Assembly (NCBI RefSeq): GCF_006345805.1
Contig: NC_043012.1
Location: forward strand, 11,160,001-11,224,000
Direction of reading: 5' to 3'
From: Octopus sinensis
Lineage: Eukaryota
DNA: 64,000 bases
The notes under the pieces were generated by a model. The model searched no databases. It had not been told where the DNA came from and was given only the letters and a program-made list of their open reading frames with translations. Position numbers and translations under genes: made by a program. Of the stretch, positions 14,272 to 27,950 are shown piece after piece. Position 1 is the first letter of the stretch. Each line of letters begins with the position of its first letter.

Positions 14272-14686
14272 GGCGGCGAGCTGGCTGAAACGTTAGCAGT
14301 CCGGGCGAAATGCTTAACGGCATTTCGCCTGCCGCTACGTTCTGAGTTCAAATTCCGCCGAGGTCGACTTTGCCTTTCATCCTTTCGGGGTCGATTAAAT
14401 AAGTACCAGTTACGCACTGGGGTCAATATAATCGACTTAATCCGTTTGTCTGTCCTTGTTTGTCCCCTCTGTGTTTAGCCCCTTGTGGGCAGTAAAGAAA
14501 TAGGTATTTCGCCTGCCGCTACGTCCTGAGTTCAAATTCCGCCGAGGTCGACTTTGCCTTTCATCCTTTCGGGGTCGATTAAATAAGTACCAGTTACGCA
14601 CTGGGGTCGATATAATCGAATTAATCCGTTTGTCTTTCCTTGTTTGTCCTCTCTGTGTTTAGTCCCCTCTGGGCAGTAAAGAAATA
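14272..14686 (+). mobile_element. SINE-C with a 184-bp internal tandem duplication (dimer)
   Basis: Head GGCGGCGAGCTGG, B-box GAGTTCAAATTCC. The body repeats at 14321 and 14505. Imperfect flanking duplication AGAAACTG[T/A]TT. Confidence 0.9.
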
Positions 14687-14699
14687 AGAAACTGATTTA

Positions 14700-15590
14700 T
14701 GCCCATATATTTACTAGCACGTTTGAAGTCTATGCAAAACTGTAGTTATCCAATTCATTAACACCAGTAGCAACCAGATTCCTCCGCAGCTCCCTATCTG
14801 AAGCAAAATGTTCCCAGGTGTTAGTATCGACATTAATATTTTTGAGAGTGTTTTTAAAATTCTTTTGAAACGCTTGCATCGCTGGTATTAGGGACATTTT
14901 CCTTTCTCCAGCGCATCATGTAACACTTGTTTTGGAATGCTGTCTTCCAAACGGAGAAAATGACCAGACTATCCAAGCTGGTACATCATAATCATGAACT
15001 TGATACTCATCATTTTCCCCAGCAGCAGTACATATGATGCCGCCATGAAAACTTCAGGATATTAACGCAAACATCGCTTGTGGAGTCGCTCGAGACGTTG
15101 GATATGCCTGCGGTAGGATGTCCAAGTTTCGCATCCATAAAACAGCGATGTTAAAACATCTCACCTTTCGTTACTGTTTTGATGTTCGATTGTGATCAAA
15201 GTCTCGAATCAAACTTTCCAAACGACTTAGAAAGTCTACCGTTGACTTCTACGTCAAGTGTATTAAATCTAGATAGTGTGTTAAGGTAGACAGACTTCTA
15301 ACTTTTTGCCCTTGACGTATATCGATGGTGGGGTATGTGGCTTGCCTTAAGTTAATTGTAACGTGACTACGGTTTTCTGAAGACAGATTGTTAAGTTCAA
15401 ACTCATCATACTCGGCTGCAAATCAGGCCATCAGAAGCTGCAGGTCTTCCTCGCTGTGGCTTACGAAATCCCAATCATCAGCATAAAGGAGATCACGAAG
15501 GGGAGCCAGGAAGGTTTTGTTGCTGCAGTAAAGCGACAGATGTTGAAAAGCTTTCCTGTTGTACGGTAACAGATGTGGATACCAGCGTCG
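14700..15590 (-). mobile_element. Decayed RTE (BovB-like) LINE RT and C-terminus
   Basis: LRDLLYADDWDFVSHSEEDLQLL, LFYGCETWTSYRRHIQRLERLHKRCLR and NTWEHFASDR in broken frames. Confidence 0.85.
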
Positions 15591-15782
15591 CTATGCACAA
15601 AGGTACACATACATATATACATACATACATACATGCACGCAAACATACAAAAGCAAATATATATAAATACACACACACACACATATATATACACACACAC
15701 ACATATATATATATATACACTCACATACATATACCACCCTTTCTATCTACCTGTCTGCCTCTCTCTCTCTCTCTCTCTCACT

Positions 15783-15871
<89 letters not shown>

Positions 15872-15899
15872 AGATACGTGAAGGAATGTGGGTTAGTGT

Positions 15900-16150
15900 T
15901 TAGGCGACGCGTCGTGACTTGAGCAAGACACTTTATTTCATGCTGCCCCAGCCGACTCAGCTGGCGAAAATGGGTAATACTATATTTCAGAGTGCCAACT
16001 ATGTTGTATTCTGTGTCACGCTGAATCTCTCTGTGAACTACGTTAAGTACGCATGTCTGTGGAGTGCTCAATCATTTGCATGTTAACTTTACGAACAGGT
16101 TGTTCCATTGATCGGATCAACTGGAACCCTCGTCATCGTAATCGATGGAA
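15900..16150 (+). mobile_element. SINE fragment with CTTGAGCAAGACACTT core and the same 3' tail as SINE-D at 46506
   Basis: The tail TGTGGAGTGCTC...TTGATCGGATCAACTGGAACCCTCGTC is shared with the reverse complement of 46506-46680. Confidence 0.7.
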
Positions 16151-16176
16151 TGTCTGTAGTAGTATATATGTATGCA

Positions 16177-16260
<84 letters not shown>

Positions 16261-16319
16261 ATCTATCTATCATCTATCTATCTATCTATCTACCTACCTG
16301 TTGGCAATAAAGCTTAGTT

Positions 16320-16965
16320 AAAGCCATACAACTGTTCATCGTCATCTTCACCAACTTGGAAAGGTTCCTAAACTTGGAAAATGGGTACCTTATGAATTGT
16401 CCGAAAGCAACCGCAAATCCCGAGTTGACATCTTGCTCATCTCTCCATTCTCGCGAACTCATTTTACCCTTTTTGGATAGACTTGTGACTGGTGACGAAA
16501 AATAGATCGTCTATCGAAATATTAAACGTCGTAAACAGTGACTTGGTAAAAGGGAAAAGCTGAACCACAACTGAGATGGGAACTTCTTGGGAAGAGGTTC
16601 TTCTCTCTATCTGGTGGGATTGCAAAGGAGTAATTCACTTTGAATTGTTACCACCTAATGCAACAATTAATGCTCAAGTTTACTGTCAGCAATTAGATCG
16701 TTTGAACCAAGCTTTTAAGAAAAAAAACCCGCTTTAGTGAATCGAAAAGGAGTGATGTTTCATCAGGACAATGCGTGACCCCACGCTGCAAAGATCACAT
16801 CACAGAAAATCGAAGAGCTTGGTTGGGAAAAAAATCCTCATCCACCTTATTCTCCCGACCTTGCTCCTTCAGACTACCATTTGTTTCGTAGTTTATATGA
16901 TCATTTGGAGGACATAACCTTCGTAAGTCAGGAAGAGGTCGAAACTGACATTTCAGAACCTTAAT
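16320..16965 (+). mobile_element. Mariner transposase pseudogene fragment
   Basis: WVPYEL, FLDRLVTGDEK*, FHQDNA*PH and HPPYSPDLAPSDYHLF motifs, with stops and frameshifts. Confidence 0.92.
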
Positions 16966-17628
16966 TCTAACTAGCAGAAATACCCGTCGCTGACTGGGTT
17001 CAGAAATAGCCTTCAAAAATTAGACCCTAATTTATGAAAGTTACTGCTTCGATATTACTGAATGTCTTGTAGCGGAATATCCGCAAGCACATATTGTCAG
17101 GTTTCGGCCCAAAAAGTTATAAATTTTTTACTAATGGGTCTGCTGATAGTTAGTCTTTTCAGCTCTTTCTCTTTTCCTACGCTGAGGTTGCTTGGATAGT
17201 CCAAATTAAATTTTTTTCGGAGGCATTATAGTAGGGAGAATTAATCTATAAGACAGGGGACTTAACTCATGTTAGCAAACTTACGGATTTCACTGACGTG
17301 AAAATTGTAAATGTTATGGTTGAAAAACTATTTTTACCGCTATCCGTGTGTACCTTGGGGAAAATAAGTTGACGAAAGCACAGCCAGGATTGTGACCAAT
17401 GTCCTCCTAAAATTGGAGCGACTTGCGTGCTAATTTGTGGACGTGCATAAAGTACATTCACGTACACACACACACACACATTCTGCCTTTTATAGATATA
17501 GATTATACTTATAATCATAAAAAGTTTTGTTTAAGTTTACCGATAATGGTTCTTTTAACATACCGAACTACTTGGTAAAATTATTTATTATTAATTAATT
17601 AATTAATTAATTAATTAATTTTACCCTT

Positions 17629-17662
<34 letters not shown>

Positions 17663-17713
17663 TAATAATAATAATAATTATTATTATTATTATTATTACA
17701 TATATACATATAT

Positions 17714-17878
17714 ACGAGGGGCTTCTTTCAGTTTCCGTTTACCAAATCCACTTCACAAGGCTTTGGTCGACCCGAGGCTATTGTATAAGACACTTGCCCA
17801 AGGTGCCACGCAGTGGGACTGAACCCAGAGCCATGTGGTTGGTAAGCAAGCTACTCACGACACAGCCACTCCTGCGCC
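17714..17878 (-). mobile_element. SINE-A head
   Basis: Reverse complement of the GGCGCAGGAGTGGCTGTG head. Confidence 0.85.
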
Positions 17879-18209
17879 TCTACATCACTATTTTTCCTGT
17901 TTAGTCTTAGTGTATCTAAACCAACATTATCCAATGCTGTTCTAGATACATTTCTTTACCGTATGTTTGGAGGGAAAATTGGCAGTTACTTTGGCATTGT
18001 AGCGACTACATAAAGTCGCTTTTATTAAGACCAGAATTATACATATTAATCTAACATTCGAAGCAAATACAATAAAACATTACTAATTAATTTGCTAATT
18101 ACTGATTCATTTACTGATTCAAATTGATAATTCCTCATCTGTTGTAACACCTCATTGTTTGTTCAGTCAGATGTTGTTGTTGTTACTGTTGTTGTCGTTG
18201 CTGTTAATG

Positions 18210-18990
18210 TTGTGAGGCTTCAGCTCAGACTTGATTGAGCAGACTTATGACCAAAGCGTTCCGCCCATAACCACCACAACGTTTTTGTTGTTTCTCAGTT
18301 TAGTATATCTAAAATTAAGAACTTTATTATTCGATGCATTACACCTTCATTAAGACTGCATTTTGTGAATTGAGGAAGATTTAGCTGCTATTTCTTGAAG
18401 TTATATTGACTATGTAGAGCTTCCTAGGATGTTGGCTGGAAAGATACAAAATGTGAAAGATAACTGTGTGCCAGCTTCATTAACCAATTTAATTCCGGAA
18501 ATTTGCCAAAATAATTTTTAAAAAACGTTTGTTTCGTTGTCAAAAATGAGAAGAAGAGATTTTTTTCTTCTTTATTTCACTGCCTGAAAAATACGTGAAA
18601 ATTTAGTTGTCTCTTGAGCAAGAAATAGGAGTCAAATCTCCCTAAATAAACAATCTAGCTTCATAAAAATGCCCGTTATTCTTAATGCCCCCCCCCTAAA
18701 AAAATCGTAGGTTTCGAGCACAAAAGAAAAAAATGGGGCGGTCACGGCTGGAATATCTTTGATCTATAGTTTGTTCGATCAAGGCTGGTTTAGGACTAAA
18801 CAACAACATCAATAACAGGATCAAAGGAGAGAGTCTCTATGTGGCCATTCAACCAGCTAGAAATAGCGGCCAAATCGTATCCTCTTAAAGGACGACGAAA
18901 CATCAGGCTGGATAATATAGTTCCTGGAATGTTAGATGAGAAGTCACGATTGGATTGTCTTTGCTTACATCTAAACTGTTTGGTGGTTTA
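18210..18990. repeat. Cluster of decayed copies of dispersed repeat family F (CTAGAAATAGCAGCCAAATC motif), both orientations
   Basis: Related motifs at about 690-880, 1510-1560, 11400-11600, 17890-18010 and 51290. The segments 18210-18430 and 18600-18810 are imperfectly inverted. Confidence 0.5.
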
Positions 18991-19322
18991 AAACCTTATA
19001 GTTTGTATTTATATTTTGTTTCGCTTCTGAGACGAGATTATCATGTTTTTGTTTATTTATTTTTCAATTATGCTTGACTGCCACCAACCACCCAACAAGC
19101 CGCTCAACCACCCAACCGCCCAACCACCCAACCTCCCAGATTTCTCGTGTTTTCATTCCATCTCGTTTTGATTGATTCAAAACATCAAGAAATGAGAAAT
19201 ATTGATGACTGGATCAATAGGGTGCCCCTCAAATACCCCGATATCACCCCGCTGTAAATATGTAATTGAGATTGTTGTTGATGTTGGTGCTGGTGATGGT
19301 GATGTTATTCACGTTATACTAC

Positions 19323-19715
<393 letters not shown>

Positions 19716-19794
19716 ACAATGGTTAAGAGCGCGGGCTACTAACCCCAAGATTCCGAGTTCGATTCCAGCAGTGACCTGAATAATAATAATAATA

Positions 19795-19839
<45 letters not shown>

Positions 19840-20030
19840 CAACAACTTCGAAAAATTACCTTAAGAATGAGAACCCAGATTTGAAATTTACCCAAGACAT
19901 CTGATGAAGGCAGGAGGGTATATCAGCCGAAACGTTGTGTTAACAACAAACAAGATGAGGACAAATATTCGTCAAATGTAAATAATGTAAATAATGTACA
20001 TAATTCCTCATCTCTTAAATATAGAACTGT
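19716..20030 (+). mobile_element. tRNA-derived SINE + (AAT)n + hammerhead-bearing tail, plus copy (slightly 5'-truncated)
   Basis: Inverted mate of 19365-19715; B-box GAGTTCGATTCC; hammerhead motif at 19896-19941. Confidence 0.85.
19896..19941 (+). ncRNA. Type I minimal hammerhead ribozyme motif
   Basis: Stem I GACAT/GTGTT; core CTGATGA at 19901-07 plus an extra A; stem II GGCAG/CAGCC (one mismatch); GAAA at 19929-32; palindromic stem III A-CG-T; cleavage triplet GUU. Confidence 0.75.
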
Positions 20031-21054
20031 ATAATATGTGTGTGTGTATACATATATATAATATATATGTATTCATATATGTATGTATATACATACACAC
20101 ACACACACATATATATATATACACATATGTATATACATACATATATATGTACGTATATACATATGCATACTGCCGAAACAGCTGTCAGATATGATATAAT
20201 TACATATTATATTTTATATTTTATATTTCTATTTCCTTGTCTAATTATATTTATAATATATTTTGTATAATGCCTTTACTGTTATGTAATGGTGTAATAA
20301 CGTATTGATTGGGTATCATCTGTTGGTTGATGTTTGATTGATTTAAGTATGTTTCTCCATTTTCTAATTTTGTAGACATTTATATATATGTATACTTATA
20401 AATATATTTAATATATTTGTATATATATGCATACATATATATGTGTAAGAAGTATGTATGCATAACTCTCCTACATACATACACATGCACACTCACATAT
20501 GCACAATACATCTAAAACTTGACATTTTATATATCCATCTTTATATCTACTCTCTCTCTCTCTCTCTCTCTTTCTCTCGCTTTCTCTCTGTTCTCCTCTT
20601 TCTCTTCTCATTAATGCCATCTTTTTTGGCCTATCTTTCTTATTCCTTTATTTATTCGATAAAATAATAAAAGATTATCTGTCCTAATCTCGCCTAGATA
20701 AGCATCGTCATCTCTTCTGGCTTCTGATTTTCACAATTTCTAAATTTATTTTGTCCCAAACACTCCAGCATCAGAAAAATCAATCTTATATCACGTGACT
20801 CGAATCGTAGAAAATGACGCCCAGCAATGCAAGATATTTTGAGGCTTTTATTTTTGTTTTGTATATAATACAATCCATTGTGGAGGACATCACTAAATTT
20901 GCCGCGTATATTTCAAACTCGACACACATAAGCGCGCGCGGTTCAGCCCAGCCCCTTGAATTTCATCAACAATAACAGTTCTTTAGTTTTTATAATGTCT
21001 TTGTGAAGTGTTTATTATTATTTTTTTTCTGATAAACCTTATGTAGGTATAGGT

Positions 21055-21250
21055 TTCAGGTTTTGGCACAAGGCCAGCAATTTTGAAGAAAGGGCCGAAG
21101 TCGATTAGATCGACACCAGTGCTCAACTGATAATTATTTGTATTGACCCCGAAAGGATAAAATGCAAAGTCGACCTCGGTGGAATTTGAACTCAGAACGT
21201 AAAGACGGACGAAATGTCGCTAAGCATCTTGCCCGGCGTGCTAACGATCC
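21055..21250 (-). mobile_element. SINE-C variant with alternative tail (AAATTGCTGGCCTTGTGCC)
   Basis: Shares the GTCGAC(C/T)T..CCTTTCATCCTTTCGGGGTC body with SINE-C. Confidence 0.8.
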
Positions 21251-21643
21251 CCCCCCCCGTTCACGGTCCTAACCTTATATCGATAGACCAAAGTCAACAA
21301 GGCTGACTTTCTTCGGGATATGTGTAGAGACCTTCATTCTCTAAGGAGCCATTTCATCTCCTTAGAAAAGGTGCTTCAAAATCTTGTTGATGATACGTAA
21401 AATAGCTTCTCATGTGAACACAAAACTTCTCATGGCATAAACACAAGACCAAGATGGGAATTTAAGGACACTTTCCACTCTCTATTATTGCTGCTTAATG
21501 CAGGCTGGGTTTACTGACCTTTACCCTTGCTTTCGACTGAACAGCAGCCATACAGGATGTTGTATTTTAGACACTTCCGCATAGTAATGGAAAACGAAGA
21601 CCATACGAAGACACAGATATACATACATGCATGCATACATACA

Positions 21644-21677
<34 letters not shown>

Positions 21678-22217
21678 CATACGTACATACACCACACATA
21701 CATACATACATACATACATACATACATACACACACACACATACATACATACATACATACATACATACATACATACATACATACATACACACACACATATA
21801 CACACATACATACATACATACATACATACATACATACATACGTACATACATACACACATACATACATACATATGCATACATATTTATATTATTATATATT
21901 CGTCTATCATTGTTTATATTATATTATACATCCATCTTTCTTTCAATTAAACAGCAACATCCTGCGGATAAAACTGAGAAAAGATATGAAAACCGACAAC
22001 TATTACATACATACATATATACATACGCACACACACGCGCACACGCATACACACACGCACACGCACACACATATACATATATACATATATATGTGTGTGA
22101 TATATATATATATATTAGTATATAATATATATATATATATATATATGTATATGCATATTTACACACACACACACATATACATATGTATGTATGTGAGTAT
22201 ATATATATATGTGTGTG

Positions 22218-22296
<79 letters not shown>

Positions 22297-23384
22297 GGCT
22301 TTAGTAATACAGTTAAGACACATGACAATACATGCACACATACTTAAATAAGTATATGTGCATATGTATAAACGCTTGTCCATATAATATATATATGTGT
22401 GTATATATATATACATATATAGTTAAATTTGTGTGTATATAACCACGCACGCGCACAAATACACACTCACACACACGCACGCACGCACGCACGCACCCGC
22501 ACACTCACATCAATGAAATCCGTACATCCTGAGTATCAAATAAGGAAGCGAATTTGTATGAAGTGTAGCTTCGTCGATTTCCATCTTCGAAAGACGGCAA
22601 TCACTTTTATGGGTTTAAGAAAACCAATCAATACGAAATGTCGCCACCGACGCCGCTGCCGCCAACACCACCACCACCACCACCACCATCTCCACCATCG
22701 CTAGAGAGGTCAAACGAAGGGAATGGGTGATGATGTCGGCCAATATATTTTGATTCATCCGCCCGATTCTAATGTAAGAATATATATTTCTTTTCATGCT
22801 CTTAAAATAATTTGGAGTTAAAACTTCTGGAGAGATTATGCTGGTCAGAATTACAATTTCGACCTTGTCTGTCACAACATGGACGCGTGGCTAAGTCAGG
22901 CTGTATAAATATTCTAATCGATACATACCATGAATGACCTGACAGAGCAAATTGTGGCAGGCAATGTTCGAGGAAAATTCTATTAATACACCATATAGCA
23001 TAAACATTTATTAATGTATATAACAATATACATATTGCTCTAAAATGATGTTATATCATTCTATTGTACACAACAGGACACAGACGCAATTAATTCTAGA
23101 TAAGCTTATGTTTGTTGCGTTGTTCTAAAAATAATTTGGAATTCTATTTAACTAATTGTCAGACAATGGGCAGAAGAGGATTTATTTTGGATATTTATTG
23201 ATAATGAAACACTTTGACTGCACCATAGCTGGTACTGAATGTGATCTTGCTGGATCACTATTATGAGTTCAAATCTTGAGTTGGGACTAAGTTTGGACCT
23301 TCATTCTCCCTAGATTGATAAAATAATGTTTCATCAACTCCTGTTCAATTGACTACATCCACCGCACTCCCAACATCAACATTG

Positions 23385-23776
23385 GGAGGCGCAGTGGCCC
23401 AGTGGTTAGGGCAGCGGAATCGTGGTCAGAGGATCGCGGTTTCGATTCCCAGACCGGGCGTTGTTTGTGTTTATTGAGCGAAAACACCTAAATCTCCACG
23501 AGGCTCCGGCAGAGGGGGTGGGGTGGCGACCCCTGTTGTACTCTTTTGCCACAACTTTCTCTCACTCTTTCTTCCTGTTTCTTGTCCCCGACTTCCAACG
23601 CAACCGCTGAGCCTGGATGCGCATTCATCCATCCGTCGATGCTCTCGGTGTCGGGGGTTGACCTGTTCTCTCTTCTGCGGGTCTTATGAATAGCAAAGGA
23701 CCACGATTCGGACTTCTCCCACTGCGAGCTCTGGTACGAAGACCCTTCGCTCAACAGCAACAGCAGCAATAACAGA
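23385..23776 (+). mobile_element. SINE-D with tail a
   Basis: tRNA-like head GGAGGCGCAGTGGCCCAGTGG...GGTTTCGATTCC; 13-bp TSD AACATCAACATTG at 23372-84 and 23777-89. Confidence 0.92.
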
Positions 23777-23825
23777 AACATCAACATTGTATCCTTGTGC
23801 TAATTTTAGAAATAATATAAGGACA

Positions 23826-24020
23826 AACTAGGCGATAGGCTAGCAGAATCATTGGCACGCCGGGGAAAATGTTTAGCAGCATTTCGTCCGTTCCGAGTTC
23901 AAATTCCACCGAAGTCGACTTTGCCTTTCATCCTTTCGGGTCGACAAAATAAGCACCAGTTGTATACTGGATGGATCGACTTAACCCCTCCCCCAAAATT
24001 GCTGGCCATGTGCCAAAATT
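23826..24020 (+). mobile_element. SINE-C variant
   Basis: GGCGA..GCT.GCAGAATC head, conserved body, alternative tail. Confidence 0.8.
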
Positions 24021-24752
24021 TGACAAGCTAATTGAACTGGGAATAACAGAAATAGTTGAGTTATAAGCAAAACACTTTGCAGTTTTCAGTTTTGTTCAGT
24101 CAAACTCTCAGTTCAAATTCTACCGGGAGCAGCTTTACCTTCCATCTTATTGAAATTGCAAAAATAAATTTATAAATAAATCCTGTAATACTATAATACA
24201 GTATGAATTGATTAATTGTAGATGAGACTATATATGCTGCCATATTCTCAAAATAATTTGGAGGGTTATAATCTCCACAGAAAAGTCTTAGAGAGAATAT
24301 TCTAGTGTGCCAAGCAAAGAATCGCTTGTGAGACATTTTTGTTTCAAGACTACGCATGGTGTCTCAACCAGGCTTTTGCGATATCTTACACAATATCGAG
24401 TACAAAACACTTAAATCTGTAGATTTGTGTAATTAAAATTCCGTAACGGATCGCATAATATATTTATAAATTTTTTAATAGTGAACAACCAAGAACGGGG
24501 GGGGGGGGGGTATTCAGTGTTGACAGAATTTTTGTATTGTAATGGAAAGGAGAAAGAGTGGAATGAAATGGAAAAGGTGAAGACTTGTCATACCACATTG
24601 TGTCATTCTGATTTTGATTGAGAATTATGTTAAGGGGACATATGTCTGTGGAATACTTACTCATTGATCCGGGAGTAGGTAGTTCAGCTGAGATGAAGCA
24701 ACTAAATCCTCATCGTCGAACGAAGAAGATTCATTACCATACATAATAATTC

Positions 24753-24794
<42 letters not shown>

Positions 24795-25499
24795 GGGGAA
24801 AGAGGCAACCGTCACCATTGAGGTGTGTGGCTTGGTAACGTGTACCATTTAGAGGCCTAGAACGTTGCGATCTGACAGAAACTCTTCTTGATTCTGTCCT
24901 GCTACTCGACCCAGAGACACATCCAGGGCGCGATAGCTGGAGGAGGAGAATAAGATGCATAATTACTCGGCTGGTACTCAGTCATAACTGAGTACAATGG
25001 AGCAACATGAAAAGAAGTACTTTGCGCAAGGATACAATGTGCTGCTCAGTTCATGAATTGAACTGATTACATTATGATCATGAACGGAAATCTCTTACCA
25101 CAATGTCACGCGCTCTAGCGAGACACGTGTGTGTGTGTGAAGGATACTGTATATGTATGTATGTGTGTGTTTGTGTGTTTGTATTAATCCAAATTAAAAC
25201 CATGTGTTTGTGGAAGTTTGGTAATTAGTTAATTATGATTTCAAATTTATTTTAAAACCAGATGTGAAATTTAATCCAGTCCTGAATGAATTAGTTTCTG
25301 TGTTCTGGTGTATTTAAGATAAATTTCCGCCTTAAATTCCAGAGTAAAATGTTTCTAGTATAACGAGCCACAGCTTAGGTGACGACCTGGCAGAATCGTT
25401 ACCGAGCTACCAAAAAGTGCTCAGCCGCATTTCTTCAGCCGCTTACTCATTATTGTATGATGGCTACTAAAATTGGTGGAGCATCGGATACGAAAGCTT

Positions 25500-26060
25500 T
25501 TCAGTTTATAGGTATGTTTCTTTTATCTTGTATCTTTTACAAGTTTCAGTCATTTGACTGCGGCCATGCTGGGGCACCGTTCTGAAGAGTTTCAGTTGAA
25601 CAAAACGACTCAAGGTGTTACTTTTTTTTAAAGCTTGGTAGTTATTCATAATGTCTCATTGCTGAACCGCTTAGATACGGGGACGTAAACACACAAACAA
25701 TCCAAGCGGTGGTGAGGGAGGAAACAACAAAGACCCATACATAGAAACACACACACACACGCGACGGGATTCTTTCAGTTTCCGTCTACCAAATCCACAT
25801 GCAAGGCTTTGGTCAGCCCGAGGTTATAATAGAAAACACTTGCCCAAGATGTCACGCTGTGGTATCGAACCCGCATCCAAGTGGCTGAGAAGCAAACGAG
25901 GTTATAGTAGAAAACACTTGCCCAAGATGTCACGCTGTGGTATCGAACCCGCATCCAAGTGGCTGAGAAGCAAACGAGGTTATAGTAGAAGACACTTGCC
26001 CAAGATGTCACGCTGTGGTATCGAACCCGCAACCAAGTGGCTGAGAAGCAAACTTCATGC
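25500..26060 (-). mobile_element. SINE-A copy with a 78-bp triplication in the head
   Basis: 3' module at about 25500-25760; three 78-bp units at 25819, 25897 and 25975. Confidence 0.85.
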
Positions 26061-26618
26061 TACACAGATACACCTATACTTTCTTTCAACCCGGAGACTT
26101 TATATGACTTTAATGTTCCTCCAATCCCATAAATCAATGTCTTTAAACCGGATTAAAACAGATTAAGACAGATCACCATGGCTTCTTAATTTAATCATGA
26201 TTAGTTATAGTATTTTTCTGTTCTTTTTCTTTCTCTCTCACATATTGCCTTCTTATTTCCATGTACGAAATATCTAAAAGACTTCCGCCAGGTATAATAT
26301 ACGTGGAAACCTACAATGCCATGACGTCGTTGATTCGCTGACAATATCACTTTAGATTAGTATTCATGTTTGGAAAGATAAAAATTCTATTTTTGGAGTG
26401 ATGTGTAAAGTGAGAATTCATTACACATTACAAGAAAACTCGGTGGAATGTTCGAGATGATAAGATGAAACATATAAGTAGTAGTAGATAATATTTTATT
26501 AAACGTATTAATAAGGTGATGCATTTCACCTGAGAGAATTTCGAGAATTTTAAATGATAGAAAATTGGATTTCGATGAGTTGTACATGAGGGAAGTGACA
26601 TTATTCTTAAGGCATTAT

Positions 26619-26683
<65 letters not shown>

Positions 26684-26979
26684 GGGAGAGATGGGAGAGA
26701 GGGAGAGAAGGAGAGAGTAAGAGAGAGAAGGAGAGAGAAAGAGAGGGAGAGAGAAAGGGAGAGAGATGGAAAGAGAGAGAGAGAGGGAAAGAGAGAGAGA
26801 CAGACTGACAGTCAGACAGAGAGATAGAGATAGAGAAAGATGTACGAATGTCGCCATATTTGTCTTTTAAACATACATATATACATGTGTATGTGCGTAT
26901 GTATATGTATATGCATGTATATAGATATCTGTATATACATACGTTTGTGTGAGTGTGCGTGTATGTGCGTTGGTGTGTT

Positions 26980-27015
<36 letters not shown>

Positions 27016-27189
27016 AATGAAATAAAACAGCATTCACATGACACCCGATTAACTTGAACAGTTCGAAGATTGAAAGAGAAAAATGATAAAAATGTTTTAC
27101 ACTTCACTGTAACGTCAATACAACAAACCAATGAGATCGCCGATTCGCTAGATATAGCAGTCAAATCATCCCTCTTAGACAACACAACA

Positions 27190-27524
27190 AAATTTTCTCC
27201 GCGACGAAATACGGTGAATGGTTGGAATATGCCGCAAGCATATTTGAACTATTAACAGGCTTGTATTTATTCACATCACTACTTAGTGCTATCACCCGTA
27301 TTTTATTTACGGAGAGCCGTTGAATAGCGCAAACAGGGTCCAGTCTCTCGTATCAGTTCGCAGCACTTCCGTTTGTGGTCTCTGCAGCTGAAGAGGAGAT
27401 AACCACTCCGAAATGCATGCGCCCCACTGTCTGGTTTGGTAAAGATGTGAAACTGACTCGGTGTATTTACACCTATTTGTCTGCAACGTGAAATTTTCTC
27501 CATGACAAAATACAGTGAATGGTT
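27190..27524 (+). mobile_element. 301-nt unit bounded by a 34-bp direct repeat, with a hammerhead-like core (retrozyme-like or pLTR-derived)
   Basis: Repeat at 27190-27223 and 27491-27524 (30/34 identical). CTGAAGA-GGAG-ataacca-CTCC-GAAA-TGCAT at 27388-27418. Confidence 0.55.
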
Positions 27525-27694
27525 TTCTTACGGTTTCGAATACCCTTCAAGAATATTTGATCTGGTAACAAGTTTGTATTCAATACTTTAGCATCTTACC
27601 AAAAGAAAGACTACATTAAATAATGAAATACTTGAGACATTCGTTTGCTAAACTAAAATAAATTTTTCAAATGTTGAATGATCAATCAGAGCCA

Positions 27695-27950
27695 ACTGCA
27701 CACCACCACTACCACCACCACCACCACCACCACAACAACAACAACAACAACAACCACCACCACCACCACCGCCACCACCACCACCACCGCCAAACAACCA
27801 CCACCACCACCCCACCACCGCCGCCACCACCACCACCACCACCACCACCACCACCGCCACTGCCACCACCACCGCCACCACCACCGCCACCACCACCACC
27901 ACCACCACCACCACCACTGCCACCACCACCACCACCACCACCACCATCAC
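27695..27950. repeat. (CCA)n/(CAA)n/(CCG)n trinucleotide tract
   Basis: Direct reading. Confidence 0.95.

Noticed and set aside
21325-21375. Hairpin TCTAAGGAG/CTCCTTAGA
   Set aside because: Single 9-bp stem with no ribozyme core and no second copy in the window.
23385-23460. tRNA genes at the SINE heads (also 8645, 19715, 50142, 56240)
   Set aside because: A/B boxes are present, but each continues into SINE body and tail with TSDs, and I could not form a complete cloverleaf.
23485-23530. HDV-like ribozyme in the SINE-D body (AGC-TCCACGA-GGCT loop)
   Set aside because: An L3-like loop is present, but I could not find P1/P2 pairings or the J4/2 segment.
25819-26052. CRISPR-like or protein-repeat interpretation of the 78-bp repeats
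   Set aside because: No unique spacers; the units derive from a SINE head; eukaryotic context.
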